A DNA stretch of 64,000 nucleotides from an uncultured Chthonomonadaceae bacterium (GTDB lineage Bacteria; Armatimonadota; Chthonomonadetes; Chthonomonadales; Chthonomonadaceae): assembly GCA_963817895.1 (NCBI GenBank), contig CAWFQB010000002.1, forward strand, positions 128,001 to 192,000, read 5' to 3'. Position numbers and translations under genes: made by a program. The notes under the pieces were generated by a model. It was not told the origin of the DNA and did not search any database. It saw only the letters and a list, made by a program, of their open reading frames with translations. This document shows positions 8,923 through 20,090 of the stretch, in pieces (the stretch's first letter is position 1; each line of letters begins with the position of its first letter).

Positions 8923-9345
8923 AAGTGCCGAGCGTTGCGGTGATCGTTGAAATCAACAGAATGTTTATCGAAGACTCCGGGGAAGAGTTCATCGGAAGTG
9001 ATAATCTTCTGTACCGCACCTCACTGGATTACATTCTGGCAGAGATACAAACCATTCGCTTCGGAGAAGACCGATTTTCAAGTCTCTTTGACAAAGCGGC
9101 AGCGATTGCGGAACGGATCATTGTCAATCATATCTTTTGTGGAGCCAACAAGCGGACAGGCTTGTTGGCTTGTGTTACGTTTTTAGAGTTGAATGGCTAC
9201 GACATGCAAATCTACGATGGGGATCGCTTTGATGAGGAAGCCATTCAGGTAGCATTGGCATTTCAGGAAAAGCAGATGTCTCTTGAGGAGTTTACTGACC
9301 TGGATACGAGCAAGGACTATCCCTCTAAGGCGCCCAACGCCCTAA
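8898..9345 (+). CDS. Fic/Doc (death-on-curing) family toxin; probable +1 indel near 9300
   Basis: SLFDKAAAIAERIIVNHIFCGANKRTG..FLELNG. Removing one C near 9300 gives a Doc-like end EEFTDWIRARTIPLRRPTP-stop instead of overlap with the convergent SDR gene. Confidence 0.8.
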
Positions 9346-10100
9346 CCGCGCATGTCTACGCCGCCGTCTACCGTCACGGTTGTGCCGGTGATGAAGCCGG
9401 ACAGGTCGCTTAATAGAAAGACCGTTGGGCCGGCTACGTCGTCGGGGAGGCCGATGCGTCCGAGCGGGAAATTTTTCGCTACCTCGTCGCGTCCCGCCGC
9501 GTCCAGACTGGGCGCGGCCATGTCCGTGTCCGTCCATGCGGGCGCGATGCAGTTGACGCGAATGTTGTCGGGCGCGAGTTCTTTTGCCATCGAGCGCATA
9601 AACAGGATTTGCGCGCCTTTGGACGTGGCATACGCCGAATACACGTTGGAGCCGCGCTGACCCGCCGTAGACGTGTAAATCACCATGCTGCCGCCCTGCC
9701 CCGCCTTACGCATGTGCCGAGCCGCCGCCCGCACGGTCAAAAATGTGCCGCGCAGGTTGATCGCCATCGTCCGATCCCAGAATTCCAGCGTCATCTCTTC
9801 CAGCGGGCAGCCCTCGAAAATTCCAGCGGAAATCACCATGCCGCGCAGCGGCCCAAGCGCGGACACGGCCGCATCTACCGCCTTATCGGTTGCGGCTTCG
9901 TCGGAAATGTCCGCCTGAACCGCAAACCCGCGCCGCCCCATTCGCTCAATATCCGCAACAACCGCGTTTGCCGCTTTCGCGTCGCGCAGATAATTGACGG
10001 ACACATCCGCCCCGCACTTTGCCGCCATGCGGGCGGCAGCCGCGCCGATGCCCCGGCTGCCGCCCGCAATGAAAATATGCCGTCCTGTCAAATCAATCAT
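9342..10100 (-). CDS. Short-chain dehydrogenase/reductase (FabG-like)
   Basis: GGSRGIG, SAGI, YATSK catalytic motif, NIRVNCIAP, ITGTTVTVDGG. Confidence 0.93.
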   Translation of the reverse strand: MIDLTGRHIFIAGGSRGIGAAAARMAAKCGADVSVNYLRDAKAANAVVADIERMGRRGFAVQADISDEAATDKAVDAAVSALGPLRGMVISAGIFEGCPLEEMTLEFWDRTMAINLRGTFLTVRAAARHMRKAGQGGSMVIYTSTAGQRGSNVYSAYATSKGAQILFMRSMAKELAPDNIRVNCIAPAWTDTDMAAPSLDAAGRDEVAKNFPLGRIGLPDDVAGPTVFLLSDLSGFITGTTVTVDGGVDMRG

Positions 10101-10174
10101 GGTTTGCTCCAAATCAGGGTAACAGTCACCCCTTCTGCCGGAACAGGGAGAAGGGTCAGGGGATGAGGACTTTG

Positions 10175-11281
10175 TTACGGATGCGTGGCGGGCAGGGGTT
10201 TGGCAAGCGGATTGAGATCGCCGAAGTTCTTTTTGATGTAATCTTTGTACCACTTCGTCTCTTCGCCCTGATCGGTTTCACGCGGATAAATGGCGTCCAC
10301 GTTCGCTTTGGTCACGACTTCCGTGCCGACATTGACCCACCCTTTGGGCAGGGGCGTTTTGTCGCGCAGATGATGCACAAGCGCGACAACGGGCAGATAC
10401 CCCTGTAGATACGGATGCTGTCCCAGGCTGATTTGCGTGGTTCCCGCCTTGATGGATTCGACCGTTTCCCGTTCCAGATCGTAGCCGCCGATAAGCCATG
10501 CGCCCTTCGAGCGCAGTTTCAGTTGGGACAGGTTGGGAATATCCATCGAACATACGCCCACAGTGGCAACCGCATCCGGGTTGGCCGTTGATTGATTTTC
10601 CCACTCAGAGTAGTTGGCCGCTTTTTCCGTACCCACGTTTTTCGGGTCGGTCACGGTATACGCGCTGCCCTCCAGCCCCTTTTTGAAGCCTTTGTAACGC
10701 TCGTCCAGTACGGCAACCCCCGGCTTGCAGTTGCCTGCCACGATTTTGCCGCTCTTTTTGCCCTCGGCGTCCAGCATCTTGCGTAGTTCGGTCGCCAGAA
10801 TCACGCCGCTCTGATACTCGTCCTGCCCGAACCACGAGGACGCGCCCAATTCCGCGCTCGTAATATTGGCGGTGACAACCGGAACCCCCGCCGCCATCGC
10901 CTCCTTGATGGGCTTGACCCACACTTCCCCCGGCATGGGAATCACGACAAGGCCGTCCTTCTTTTTCTGCACCATGCCCTCGAACATGCCAATGGCTTCC
11001 GTCGCGTCGAAACTGGCCGGCCCTGTCACTTCGACATCCACGCCAAGGTCGCGCCCCGCCTGCTCCGCTCCCCTCTGAATCACAGCCGTAAAAGAGTTCT
11101 GGCCGTGCATCACATAGCCGATTTTCAGTTTAGGCTGCCCCTTGCTGTCCACAGCGGATTGGGCAGGGGCCGCTTCGCCCGTCGTGGAAGATCCGGACGA
11201 CGCAGACGTGTCGGCAGGCCGATTGCAAGAAGCCAGCAGCAGAAAGGGAAAGGCAAGCAAAAGCGGACGCAGGCGTTTCAT
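10175..11281 (-). CDS. Sugar ABC transporter substrate-binding lipoprotein (RbsB-like)
   Basis: Lipobox LASC; periplasmic binding protein type I motifs (AGVPVVT, ERYKGF, IGGYD, QHPYLQGY). Confidence 0.85.
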   Translation of the reverse strand: MKRLRPLLLAFPFLLLASCNRPADTSASSGSSTTGEAAPAQSAVDSKGQPKLKIGYVMHGQNSFTAVIQRGAEQAGRDLGVDVEVTGPASFDATEAIGMFEGMVQKKKDGLVVIPMPGEVWVKPIKEAMAAGVPVVTANITSAELGASSWFGQDEYQSGVILATELRKMLDAEGKKSGKIVAGNCKPGVAVLDERYKGFKKGLEGSAYTVTDPKNVGTEKAANYSEWENQSTANPDAVATVGVCSMDIPNLSQLKLRSKGAWLIGGYDLERETVESIKAGTTQISLGQHPYLQGYLPVVALVHHLRDKTPLPKGWVNVGTEVVTKANVDAIYPRETDQGEETKWYKDYIKKNFGDLNPLAKPLPATHP

Positions 11282-11293
11282 AGGAAATTCCTT

Positions 11294-11406
11294 TAGGTTG
11301 TTAGTTGTTAGGTTGTCAGGTTGTTAGTTGTTAGGTGAGGAGGGAATACTGCTGTGAGCGCGTTCATACAACCTAACCACCTAACAACTAACAACCTGAC
11401 AACCTA
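11294..11406. repeat. Inverted pair of 7-8-mer tandem arrays, (GTTAGTT/GTTAGGTT)n ... (AACCTAAC/AACTAAC)n
   Basis: ttaggttgttagttgttaggttgtcaggttgttagttgttagg and its near reverse complement acaacctaaccacctaacaactaacaacctgacaaccta. Confidence 0.75.
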
Positions 11407-12390
11407 TTTCCGCCGGCGCACGAACGAATCAATGGCGACGGCGACAATGATGGCGATGCCGGTGACGGCGATGTCGGTATTGGACGGGGCGCCGAGCAGA
11501 ACCAGCCCATTACGGATGACATAGATAATCAGCGCGCCCAATATGGCTCCGGGAACCGAACCCCTGCCGCCGCTCAGGGCCGTGCCGCCGATAATCACGC
11601 TGGCGATGACCCACAATTCATAACCGGGGCCGGTGCTGGGGTCGGCGGACTGCAAAAAAGCGAGCGCGGCGATTCCGGCAAGGGCGGCAATCGCGCCGTT
11701 GAGCGTCATCACGCCGATACGAACGCGGTCAAGGGCAAGCCCGGACAATCGCGCGGCAACGGGGTTGCCGCCAATGGCTTCAATGCGCCGTCCCACAATC
11801 GAGCGCGTCAGCGCAATCCAGCCGAGTATGGCGATGAACAGCATCAGGATCGCGCTGGTGGGCAGGCCGAAAATCTCGCCGCCGCCAACCGTGAAAAACC
11901 ACTGTTCTTTGGAAAACTGGCTGACGGGCGCGTTGTTGCACAAAATCAGCGCGACGCCGCGATAAATGCTCAGGGTTCCGAGCGTGACAATAATCATCGG
12001 GATGCGCAGCAACACGGCGAGAACGCCATTGGCAAACCCGCAGACCGCGCCCATTCCCAACCCAATCAAGAGAGCAACGGGGAAGGGCAAACCGCGCTGC
12101 AATGCCAGTCCGGTGACAACATTGGTGAGCGTGAAGATGGAACCGACGGACAAATCAATGTCGCCCATCGTAATCACAAACACCATGCCGACCGCCATGA
12201 TGCCGATGTATGAGGACTGCCGCGCCACTTTCAGCAGGTTGAGCGCGGTGGGAAACGTCGGCGTGGCAATGGCAAGCGCGACGCACAGCGCGACAAGCGC
12301 GATCAGTACGCCTATCTCCTGCAAAGCGCGAATCCGCTGATACGCCTTCTGCGCCCCACTCGATACGCCTGAAACCGGATTGTCATTCAT
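11404..12390 (-). CDS. Sugar ABC transporter permease (RbsC-like)
   Basis: GDIDLSVGS, IVTLGT, GRRIEAIGGNPVAARLSG, GYELWVIASVIIGGTALSGGRGS. Confidence 0.92.
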   Translation of the reverse strand: MNDNPVSGVSSGAQKAYQRIRALQEIGVLIALVALCVALAIATPTFPTALNLLKVARQSSYIGIMAVGMVFVITMGDIDLSVGSIFTLTNVVTGLALQRGLPFPVALLIGLGMGAVCGFANGVLAVLLRIPMIIVTLGTLSIYRGVALILCNNAPVSQFSKEQWFFTVGGGEIFGLPTSAILMLFIAILGWIALTRSIVGRRIEAIGGNPVAARLSGLALDRVRIGVMTLNGAIAALAGIAALAFLQSADPSTGPGYELWVIASVIIGGTALSGGRGSVPGAILGALIIYVIRNGLVLLGAPSNTDIAVTGIAIIVAVAIDSFVRRRK

Positions 12391-12471
12391 AGCAGCACCA
12401 AGAGCGCAGCGAAAGGCAAGTAACGCATGTGTCCGAACACCGAACACCGAACACCGAATACCGTATGTTGG

Positions 12472-13374
12472 TTATTGTTCATCAAGCAGATGCGCCATTG
12501 TAACGAGATGGGACATTTTGTGGTCGGCGAATGTCCAGACGACTTTCTTGTCGCGCGTGACCTCGAAAAAGTGAACGCCCGTACCCTCTTTGCCCTGCAA
12601 GAAGTTGGCGACGACTAAGTTGCCGTTTTTCAACTTCTGGATGCCCGTAATCCAGAACATGCCGAGTTCCGGCGCGTCTTTGGGGCCGAACTCCCACGCG
12701 ATTTCACCTTTGGGCGTAATTTCCATTACTTTCGCGGTTTTGCCGCCGCCGACAAGCGTGTTGCCGTTGGGCAGGCGCGCGGCTTCAAACACGCTGTCCA
12801 CGCCGGGGTGTTCCCACAAAACTTTGCCCGCAGGATCATATTCGCGGATTACGCCGTCCCCCTCATGGCAGGCGAGAATGTTGCCGTTCTTCAGTTTGTG
12901 CAGCGAACGCAACTGCCGATGCGCCCCTTTTTCGTTCGTCGTCAGCGGCGTAACGTGGACTTCCTCGCCCTTGCGGTTCACTTCGACGGCCTGACACGGC
13001 CCCTCCTCGCCCACCAGAACATTGCCGTTGCGCAGCCGCTCGAAACCAAGCACCTGTTCGCATTTCGCCGTGTAGTTCCACACGACATGGTGTTCGCGAT
13101 CCACCTCCTGTACGCCCGTCGGGTTGCCGCCGTAAGCGTACATCACGTTGCCGTTTTTGGCGACATCGAACATCACGGCCAGACTCGGCACAGGATGTTC
13201 CCACAACACCTGCCCATCCTCGGAAAGTTCAATGAGTTTGTTTCCGGGCGAGTATTGCATAAACATGAAATGATGGCGTTTAAGCGGAGGCGTGTCGGCG
13301 CGGGGCGCGGAACCGGTCATGCCGAGGCACAGCAGCGCAAGGGGAAGCATTAATTTGTGGGACGCGAAGCGCAT
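12472..13374 (-). CDS. Exported beta-propeller repeat protein (PQQ-like or arylsulfotransferase-like)
   Basis: Signal peptide; repeated L.NGN.L ... E....G...W units. Confidence 0.65.
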   Translation of the reverse strand: MRFASHKLMLPLALLCLGMTGSAPRADTPPLKRHHFMFMQYSPGNKLIELSEDGQVLWEHPVPSLAVMFDVAKNGNVMYAYGGNPTGVQEVDREHHVVWNYTAKCEQVLGFERLRNGNVLVGEEGPCQAVEVNRKGEEVHVTPLTTNEKGAHRQLRSLHKLKNGNILACHEGDGVIREYDPAGKVLWEHPGVDSVFEAARLPNGNTLVGGGKTAKVMEITPKGEIAWEFGPKDAPELGMFWITGIQKLKNGNLVVANFLQGKEGTGVHFFEVTRDKKVVWTFADHKMSHLVTMAHLLDEQ

Positions 13375-13487
13375 AGGGCGTATCTCCAAAACTCGGAATC
13401 AAGACCATGAAATCCGAACAGCAGCCTTGCAGTGGAGGAACGGGCAGACATTCAACATAACAGGTAATAATTCCTGCTTGTTTGGCC

Positions 13488-15582
13488 CTATTTTTTCGCA
13501 ACCAAAAGCGTAATGGCGGGAACGAGGCTGACGGCGTTGCCCACATGCGCCTGCACGATGATGTTGGCGGTGTCGGCGGGGGCGTCGGGCGCGGCGGACA
13601 GGGTTATTTTGCCGTCTGTTTGCCCGTCGGGAATGGAAGTGGCTTTGAGGGTTACTTTGGGCGGCAGGTTACGGGCGTCCAGCGTGATTGCGCCCTTCGC
13701 GTTGGGTTCGCGCGTTATATGAACGGGAATTTCCATGCTTGCGCCGGGTGTCAGCGTCAGCGTAGATACTGTTGTTGTTGCCGTAATCGCGTCGGTGCGT
13801 TGCGTCACGCCCAAAACCAGCATATCCCATAAATGATGCGGGCGCGTGTAGCTGAACTCAACCGACAGCGACAGGTCAATGGAACGATGCTCGTACCGTT
13901 CCCACGCGGGCGCTTCCTGCGCGACGATTTTGCCGCCAATGTTCGCTTCGCCCCGAATGTGTATATCGCTCGCAACAATCGCAGTATTGGGCGCAGCCGT
14001 TAGAGTCAGTTCCGTTGTGGTTTTACCGGGCGCAATCAGGCCGCCCGCGCAGGTTACGCCGGTTGGCAGGTTCGCTGCCGTCACCGTGACCGGGCCGTTC
14101 CAGCCGCCCAAACGTTCCAGCGTAACCGGAAGCGCGACGGTTCCGCCAATCGGCACGGCAAGTTTATCTGCAGCAATCGCCAGCCTGAAATCCGGCACAA
14201 CGGGGCGCGCAATCAGCCGATAGCCGCAATCCGCGCCGACAACCTCTTCCACGTTGCTGAGTTCGAGCGTGTAATTGCCGTCTGCGGGCGGAGCAAACTC
14301 CAAACGCGCGTCCTTGCCTAAATCTGGCGCGTCGTCGTTGGCAGCCAGTTCCTTACCCGCCGCGTCCAGAATACGGATCGCGCCGTCAATGCGCGAGCCG
14401 ATACGCCGCCCCAACAGATCGAACAGAATATGGGTTTTAGGGGAAGCGTGGAAGGTGAAACGCGCGTGGGGCGTCCGGGTAAACACGCCATCCAGAATTG
14501 CGGGCAGGGCCGGCAGGGATTGAACGGCCACGCTGTCGCCAACGTTCTGTACGGTTTCCCGGCTTACCATCAGCGGCACAAGCAGGCCATTAAGGGCGGC
14601 ATCCGGGGCTTTTCCATTTGCAATATCCGCCCAAACCATACCGGAAGTTGGCGCCTCCGCAGGCAGCGTAACCGTCGAGTTCGCAGCAGTCAGATTCACG
14701 CCCTGCAACGCCAGCGTAATCGTTTGTCCCGGTTGGCCGCCACGCGGCAGGTAATTCGTGACCAGACTGCCCCGTCCGGCAAGCAGGCGATACGTATAGT
14801 TCGGCCCGCCGTTGTACTCCGAGTCGCGGACGGTGAGGAGATACCGGCCCGATTTGGCAAACGTATACGCAAAACGCGGGTCGCTTTCCCACGTAGACTG
14901 CGCCAGTTTCACACTCACGCCCGCCGCGTCCGTAATTTCTAAAATGGGGTCGAAACCGAGAACGAATGCGATCCGCAAAGCAATCAAACGTCCACGTTTC
15001 GCCCGCGCCTGCATTGAAAGCAAACTGGTCGCGCCCCGCTTTCGCGGTAATGCGGCCATTGATAACTTCATGCCCGCTGCCGTCCAACTCCATCGGGGCC
15101 GCGCTTTCCACTAACGTCTGCTCTAACACGCGGTTCGGTTTGGTATCCACCCAGAAGCGCAGCCCGCCCGAAACCCCTTTGGGCGTGGTCACGCGCAATT
15201 CATGCGGCCCCAATCCGGCTCCCGCCTGCACGTCCAGTTCCGCCGTCAGCGCATTCCCATCCGGCGCGGCCTGCACCGATTTGACAGTTACGCCTCTTCC
15301 ACTCACCTTCAAAGCTGCTTCCCGCCAGACTCTTGCCGTCAATCCGTACCCGCGTCACCTGTCCGCGCGGCCCGCCACCGGGAAGGACGCCGCCGACTTC
15401 GGGAGCCTGCGCGAGTACCACAGAAGAGGAAATGCAGAGGAGAGAAACCACGGGGAACACGGGGGACACGGGGAGAGAAAGGGGAAAAGAGAATAAACCA
15501 CGGAGGACACGGAGAACACGGAGGGGGAAGAGGAGACAACAGAAAGAGGCAGATTATCAACAAAGGCATGGATTGCCCTCAA
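13488..15582 (-). CDS. PPC (pre-peptidase C-terminal) domain exported protein, split by at least two frameshifts
   Basis: Fragments join across three frames: APEVGGVLPGGGPRG (15200-15469), ELRVTTPKGVS..INGRI..DQFAF..RIRS (14590-15342), DPILEI..YRL..LPRGG..ELAANDD..DARLEF (13488-15071). Typical neighbour of DUF1501 genes. Start uncertain. Confidence 0.65.
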
Positions 15583-15694
15583 CATATCGTAGTCCACAGC
15601 CTTATTTTCTTTGTTGGTAATCCTGTTAATCCTGCTCATCCTGTTAATCCTGTCTAAACTCTTCCCCTTCTTCTCCCCGTGTTCCCCGTGGTTT
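15447..15694. repeat. 9-mer tandem repeat arrays: (ACACGGRGR)n twice plus an inverted copy, and (AATCCTGTT)n
   Basis: ccacggggaacacgggggacacggggag, ccacggaggacacggagaacacggag, ctccccgtgttccccgtggttt; aatcctgttaatcctgctcatcctgttaatcctgt. Confidence 0.75.
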
Positions 15695-15699
15695 AAGTC

Positions 15700-17043
15700 C
15701 TACGAGAACAGGCCGGGGATGCCCGGAGAGTCGCGGACGATGCGAGCTTCGCGCAGGCGGGCGGACACGTCCATGTTGAGGATTTTGGCGACGCTCATAT
15801 ACGTGTCTTCGGGCGTCACGGGCAGTTCGGCGGGGTATTTGGCCTGCGCGTCACTGGAACCAATCACGCGCCCGCCGGGGATTCCCGCGCCCGTGATGAG
15901 GTAGGAGTATACGAAAGGCCAGTGGTCGCGGCCTGCCGCGCCGTTGACGGTCGTGCGCCCGAACTCGCCCGTCACGAGTACGAGGGTTTTCTTGTTCAGG
16001 CCGCGCTGGTACACGTCTTCAATAAGCCCGGATACGGTTTTATCCATTTCGGGCAGTTGGCGCTTGCACCGGTTGAAGTTGTCGCCATGATTGTCGAAGC
16101 CCATTTTATCCACGTCGTCGTTGATGGGATGCGCCCGCCAGTTCACCTGCACAAAGCGAACACCCGATTCAATCAGCCGCCGCGCCATCAAACAACCCTG
16201 CCCGAACTGCGTCATGCCATACCGTTCGCGGGTTTGCGTTGTTTCTTTGGTCAGGTCGAACGCTTTCTTGGCTTGCGGCGACGTAACGAGCGTGAAGGCC
16301 TTTTCATACGCCGCGTCGTGGATGCGCGTGTCGCCGGATTCGATGCTTCGCTGGAAGCCGTCCACCTGTTTGTACAACTCGTGGCGCAGGTTGAGGCGGT
16401 CGCCGGTCATGCCGGGGGGCGGGGTTAATGCGGCCAATTTGTCAACCGGCTGCGTTGAGTCAAGGACGCGGAAGGGCGAACTCGCGTTGCCCAGAAAGCC
16501 GCCGTCCTGTCCAAGCGGCCCGTTTCCGGCAGTATCGTACATGCGCGGGCCGATGTGAATGGCAGACGGCAGGGCATTGCGCTGCGGCATGAATTTGGAG
16601 ATCACGGAGCCGATGTTGGGGGCTTCGCGTCCGGGAGCCGGTTTGTTGCCCGTGAGCGTATAGTGCGCAGCCTGCGCGTGAACCGAAAGGTCGTGCGTGG
16701 CCGAGCGGATAATGGTGTACTTGTCGGCCATGCGGGAAAGCAGGGGCAGTTGTTCGCAAATCTGGATGCCGGACACGTTCGTATTGATCGGCTTGAAGAT
16801 GCCCCGGACGGCTTCGGGCGCATCCGGCTTCATGTCGAACGTGTCCTGATGCGGTGGCCCGCCCCACAAAAACACGAGGATGATGGACATCTCGTTGTCG
16901 CTGTTGGTGTCCCCGTTCGCCTGCTGTGCCGCGAACAGTCCGGGCAGCGTCAGGCCGAGAAAGCCCGCCGACCCGATCTGCAAAAACTCCCGCCGCGTCG
17001 GGCCATCGCACGTATTTACGGTTTCGTGTCCAAATTCAATCAT
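15700..17043 (-). CDS. DUF1501 domain-containing protein (Tat-like signal)
   Basis: TRREFLQIG, LWGGPPHQDTFDMKPDAP, ICEQLP, RERYG..FGQGCLMARRLIESGVRFV, GEFGRT, GRDHWP. Confidence 0.9.
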   Translation of the reverse strand: MIEFGHETVNTCDGPTRREFLQIGSAGFLGLTLPGLFAAQQANGDTNSDNEMSIILVFLWGGPPHQDTFDMKPDAPEAVRGIFKPINTNVSGIQICEQLPLLSRMADKYTIIRSATHDLSVHAQAAHYTLTGNKPAPGREAPNIGSVISKFMPQRNALPSAIHIGPRMYDTAGNGPLGQDGGFLGNASSPFRVLDSTQPVDKLAALTPPPGMTGDRLNLRHELYKQVDGFQRSIESGDTRIHDAAYEKAFTLVTSPQAKKAFDLTKETTQTRERYGMTQFGQGCLMARRLIESGVRFVQVNWRAHPINDDVDKMGFDNHGDNFNRCKRQLPEMDKTVSGLIEDVYQRGLNKKTLVLVTGEFGRTTVNGAAGRDHWPFVYSYLITGAGIPGGRVIGSSDAQAKYPAELPVTPEDTYMSVAKILNMDVSARLREARIVRDSPGIPGLFS

Positions 17044-17222
17044 AAGTGTTTTCCGCTTTGTGATCGTTGATTGCAAGCTGGCCGGAGTGATGACGCTTGC
17101 ATTTCCAGACAAGCGACTCTCCTGTAATATAATGTACCTGAGAATTCGGACACTTGAGTCTGCGATAAAGTTACGTAAACCTTTCAAACTACCCGCATCC
17201 TGAACCCTAAAACCCTAAAACC

Positions 17223-18746
17223 TTACAAAATGTAGCGGCTCAAATCCTCATCCTTTACGATGTCGTCAAGACGGGAGCGGACGTACGCGGCGTCTACATG
17301 CAGGTTCTTGTCGGTCAAATCGGGCGCATCGAAGGATACGTCTTCCAGCAGGCGTTCCAGAATGGTGTGCAGTCGCCGCGCGCCGATGTTTTCGTTGCGG
17401 CGGTTCACTTCCGCCGCGATGCGGGCGAGTTCCACAATGGAATCATCCGTGAACGTCACGGTCACGCCTTCCGTTGCGAGGAGGGCGACGTATTGCCGGG
17501 TCAGAGCGTTGCGCGGTTCGGTCAAAATGCGCTGAAAGTCGGCTTCCGTCAGGTTTTCCAGTTCCACGCGAATCGGCAAGCGTCCCTGCAATTCGGGAAT
17601 CAGATCGGACGGCTTGGACACATGGAACGCGCCCGCCGCGATGAACAGAATGTGATCGGTTTTCACCGGGCCGTATTTGGTATTGATGGTAGAGCCTTCG
17701 ATGATGGGCAGAATGTCGCGCTGCACGCCCTCGCGGGATACGTCCGGCCCACCCCCGCCGCCGGGACCCCGCCCACCCCCGGCGATTTTATCTATTTCGT
17801 CCACAAAGATAATGCCGGTCTGCTCGGCCCGCTGAATCGCTTCCCGCGTCAGGCTGTCGCGGTCAATCAAATTCTGCGCCTCCTCCTGCGTGAAGATTTT
17901 CTTCGCTTCCGCGACAGTCACCTTGCGCTTTTTCTGCTTGCGCGGCATCAGTCCGCCCAGCGCGTTCTGCATGTCCATGTTCATCTCGTCCATGCCCTGA
18001 TTGGAAAACACCTGCATGAACGGCGGGCCGGAGTTCTCCTCGACCGAAATTTCGATCTCCTGCTCGTCCAACGCGCCGCTCGCCACCTGTGGGCGCAGGC
18101 GTTCGCGGATACGCTCGCGCCGCGCCGCGTCCTTGCTCTCCTCATCCTCTTCGGGCGGGGGGAGCGGTTCCGGTTTGGCTTCCCGATTGGGAGTGATCTC
18201 CACGACCACCGGGCCACTGTTCGGCCCCATGTTGGGAAACATCTGCTGCCACATGTCGCGTAGGCTGCCCGCCATATCGGGCGACTCGGCCTCGTTTTTT
18301 CGGCGGCTGCGCCCTGCCCGTTCCGGCTGCAAAATGCTGACGATTCGACTTACCGCCCGCTCTTCCGCTGCCGCCTGCACTTCGGCAACCTTTTCGGTTT
18401 CCACCAGCCGGATAGCAACCTGCACCAGATCGCGCACCATGGAATCCACGTCCCGCCCCACATACCCGACTTCGGTAAATTTCGTGGCCTCTACCTTGAC
18501 AAAGGGCGCGTGGGCAAGCGTGGCGAGGCGGCGCGCGATTTCGGTTTTACCCACGCCCGTCGGCCCGATCATCAGAATGTTCTTGGGAATCACCTCATCG
18601 CGCAGGTCTTCGCCTAACAATCGGCGGCGATAGCGGTTGCGCAGCGCGACCGCGACCGCCCGCTTGGCGTTGCGCTGTCCCACAATATACTTGTCCAGTT
18701 CGGCAACGATCTGACTGGGCGTTAAATCTTCGGAAAAGTCCGCCAT
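17223..18746 (-). CDS. hslU: ATP-dependent protease ATPase subunit HslU
   Basis: [64 protein letters not shown]. Confidence 0.97.
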   Translation of the reverse strand: MADFSEDLTPSQIVAELDKYIVGQRNAKRAVAVALRNRYRRRLLGEDLRDEVIPKNILMIGPTGVGKTEIARRLATLAHAPFVKVEATKFTEVGYVGRDVDSMVRDLVQVAIRLVETEKVAEVQAAAEERAVSRIVSILQPERAGRSRRKNEAESPDMAGSLRDMWQQMFPNMGPNSGPVVVEITPNREAKPEPLPPPEEDEESKDAARRERIRERLRPQVASGALDEQEIEISVEENSGPPFMQVFSNQGMDEMNMDMQNALGGLMPRKQKKRKVTVAEAKKIFTQEEAQNLIDRDSLTREAIQRAEQTGIIFVDEIDKIAGGGRGPGGGGGPDVSREGVQRDILPIIEGSTINTKYGPVKTDHILFIAAGAFHVSKPSDLIPELQGRLPIRVELENLTEADFQRILTEPRNALTRQYVALLATEGVTVTFTDDSIVELARIAAEVNRRNENIGARRLHTILERLLEDVSFDAPDLTDKNLHVDAAYVRSRLDDIVKDEDLSRYIL

Positions 18747-19724
18747 GTTACCTGTACTTCCTGTGTTTTATTGATGTGCCGCGCGGCTGTTTTCGTGTCT
18801 TGTGTCGGCTTCACTTCCGCCTTATGTTCTTGCAGCCTGCCCGAATGGAACAGAAACAGGATTAGCAGGCCGAAAGCGATGCGGTACGCGATGAAAATGT
18901 TCGTGTTGTGTTCCTTCATGTAGCCCAAAAACCACCGTACCACACCATACGCGAACGCGCCCGCCACAAATGCCGCCAGCAGATATTTGGCGGTTTCGCC
19001 GTGCAGTTCGTGGGCTTTGACCACTTTGAGCAGTTTGTACAATCCCGCGCCCGTAATGGCCGGAATGGACAGCAGGAAACTGAACCGCGCCGCGCTTTCC
19101 CGGTCCAAGCCGAGCAGCAGCCCTGCCGTAATCGTCGAGCCGGAACGGGACGCGCCCGGAACCAGTCCCAACACCTGCGCCAGTCCGATGGCAATGCTTT
19201 GTTCCAGCGAGATGCCTTTCAGCGATACCTTTTTCCTGCCCACCCGTTCCGCATACCACAGCACCAGCGCGAGGACAATCAGGGCTATCGCAACCACGTC
19301 CAGCCTGCCGAAAATGCGTTGTCAATGTATTTTTCCAGCAGGACGCCCGCCACGAAAATCGGCAGGCTGCCGATAATGGTATACCAGCCCAATCGCGCGT
19401 CCACATCGTCGTCCGGCAGGTTGGCTTCTGGAGAAGGCTCGCGTGGCAGGTTCCAGATGCGGGGCGGGCGTATGCTTTCAGCCGCAGAAACTTCATCGGG
19501 TTGGGATGCCGCAAAATGCCCTTCACATACCGCGTCAAATCTTTGCGGAAGTACGCGATGATGGCGACAATCGGCCCCAACTGGCACACGGCGGAAAACG
19601 CCGCGCCGGGATCGGCTGCCCCGAACAACTGCGGAATCACATCCATGTGCGCCGTACTGCTGACCGGCAAAAATTCCGTCAGCCCCTGTAACAATCCCAG
19701 CAATATCGCTTGCAGCCAACCCAT
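18722..19724 (-). CDS. uppP: Undecaprenyl-diphosphate phosphatase, with two frameshifts
   Basis: [17 protein letters not shown] at the N-terminus; [29 protein letters not shown]. Three frames are needed. Confidence 0.9.
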
Positions 19725-19931
19725 AGTATGGTAAGTCTCCTTATGTTCAATAATACGGGCATTGAGGGGTTGAAGATGTCATGGTGGGCAGTTCGAACGA
19801 CTGTTTGACATGTCTTGCCTCCGGCTTGGCGGAACGCCTCAGACAGGTATCTTAATACCAGTGTTCTCCTCGCTGCAACTAAGTCTACCCCACACCCGAT
19901 ACCTACCCCTGCACCTTTTTTCCCCCTGCAA

Positions 19932-19960
19932 TTGACAGTCTTCCCCTAAATCTGTATACT
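19932..19960 (+). promoter_or_regulatory. sigma70 promoter of murA-mreB
   Basis: TTGACA-N17-TATACT. Confidence 0.75.
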
Positions 19961-20090
19961 TAAACAGGTCTATTAAAAGCCCAAACCGAATTTTTCCCGG
20001 TTGGAAGTTCGCCTTCTAAGCCGGAAAATACCCGAATAGAAGAAAGATAACAGGCGTGAAGCCTGAAACCCTTACAGATGGAACACCGGT

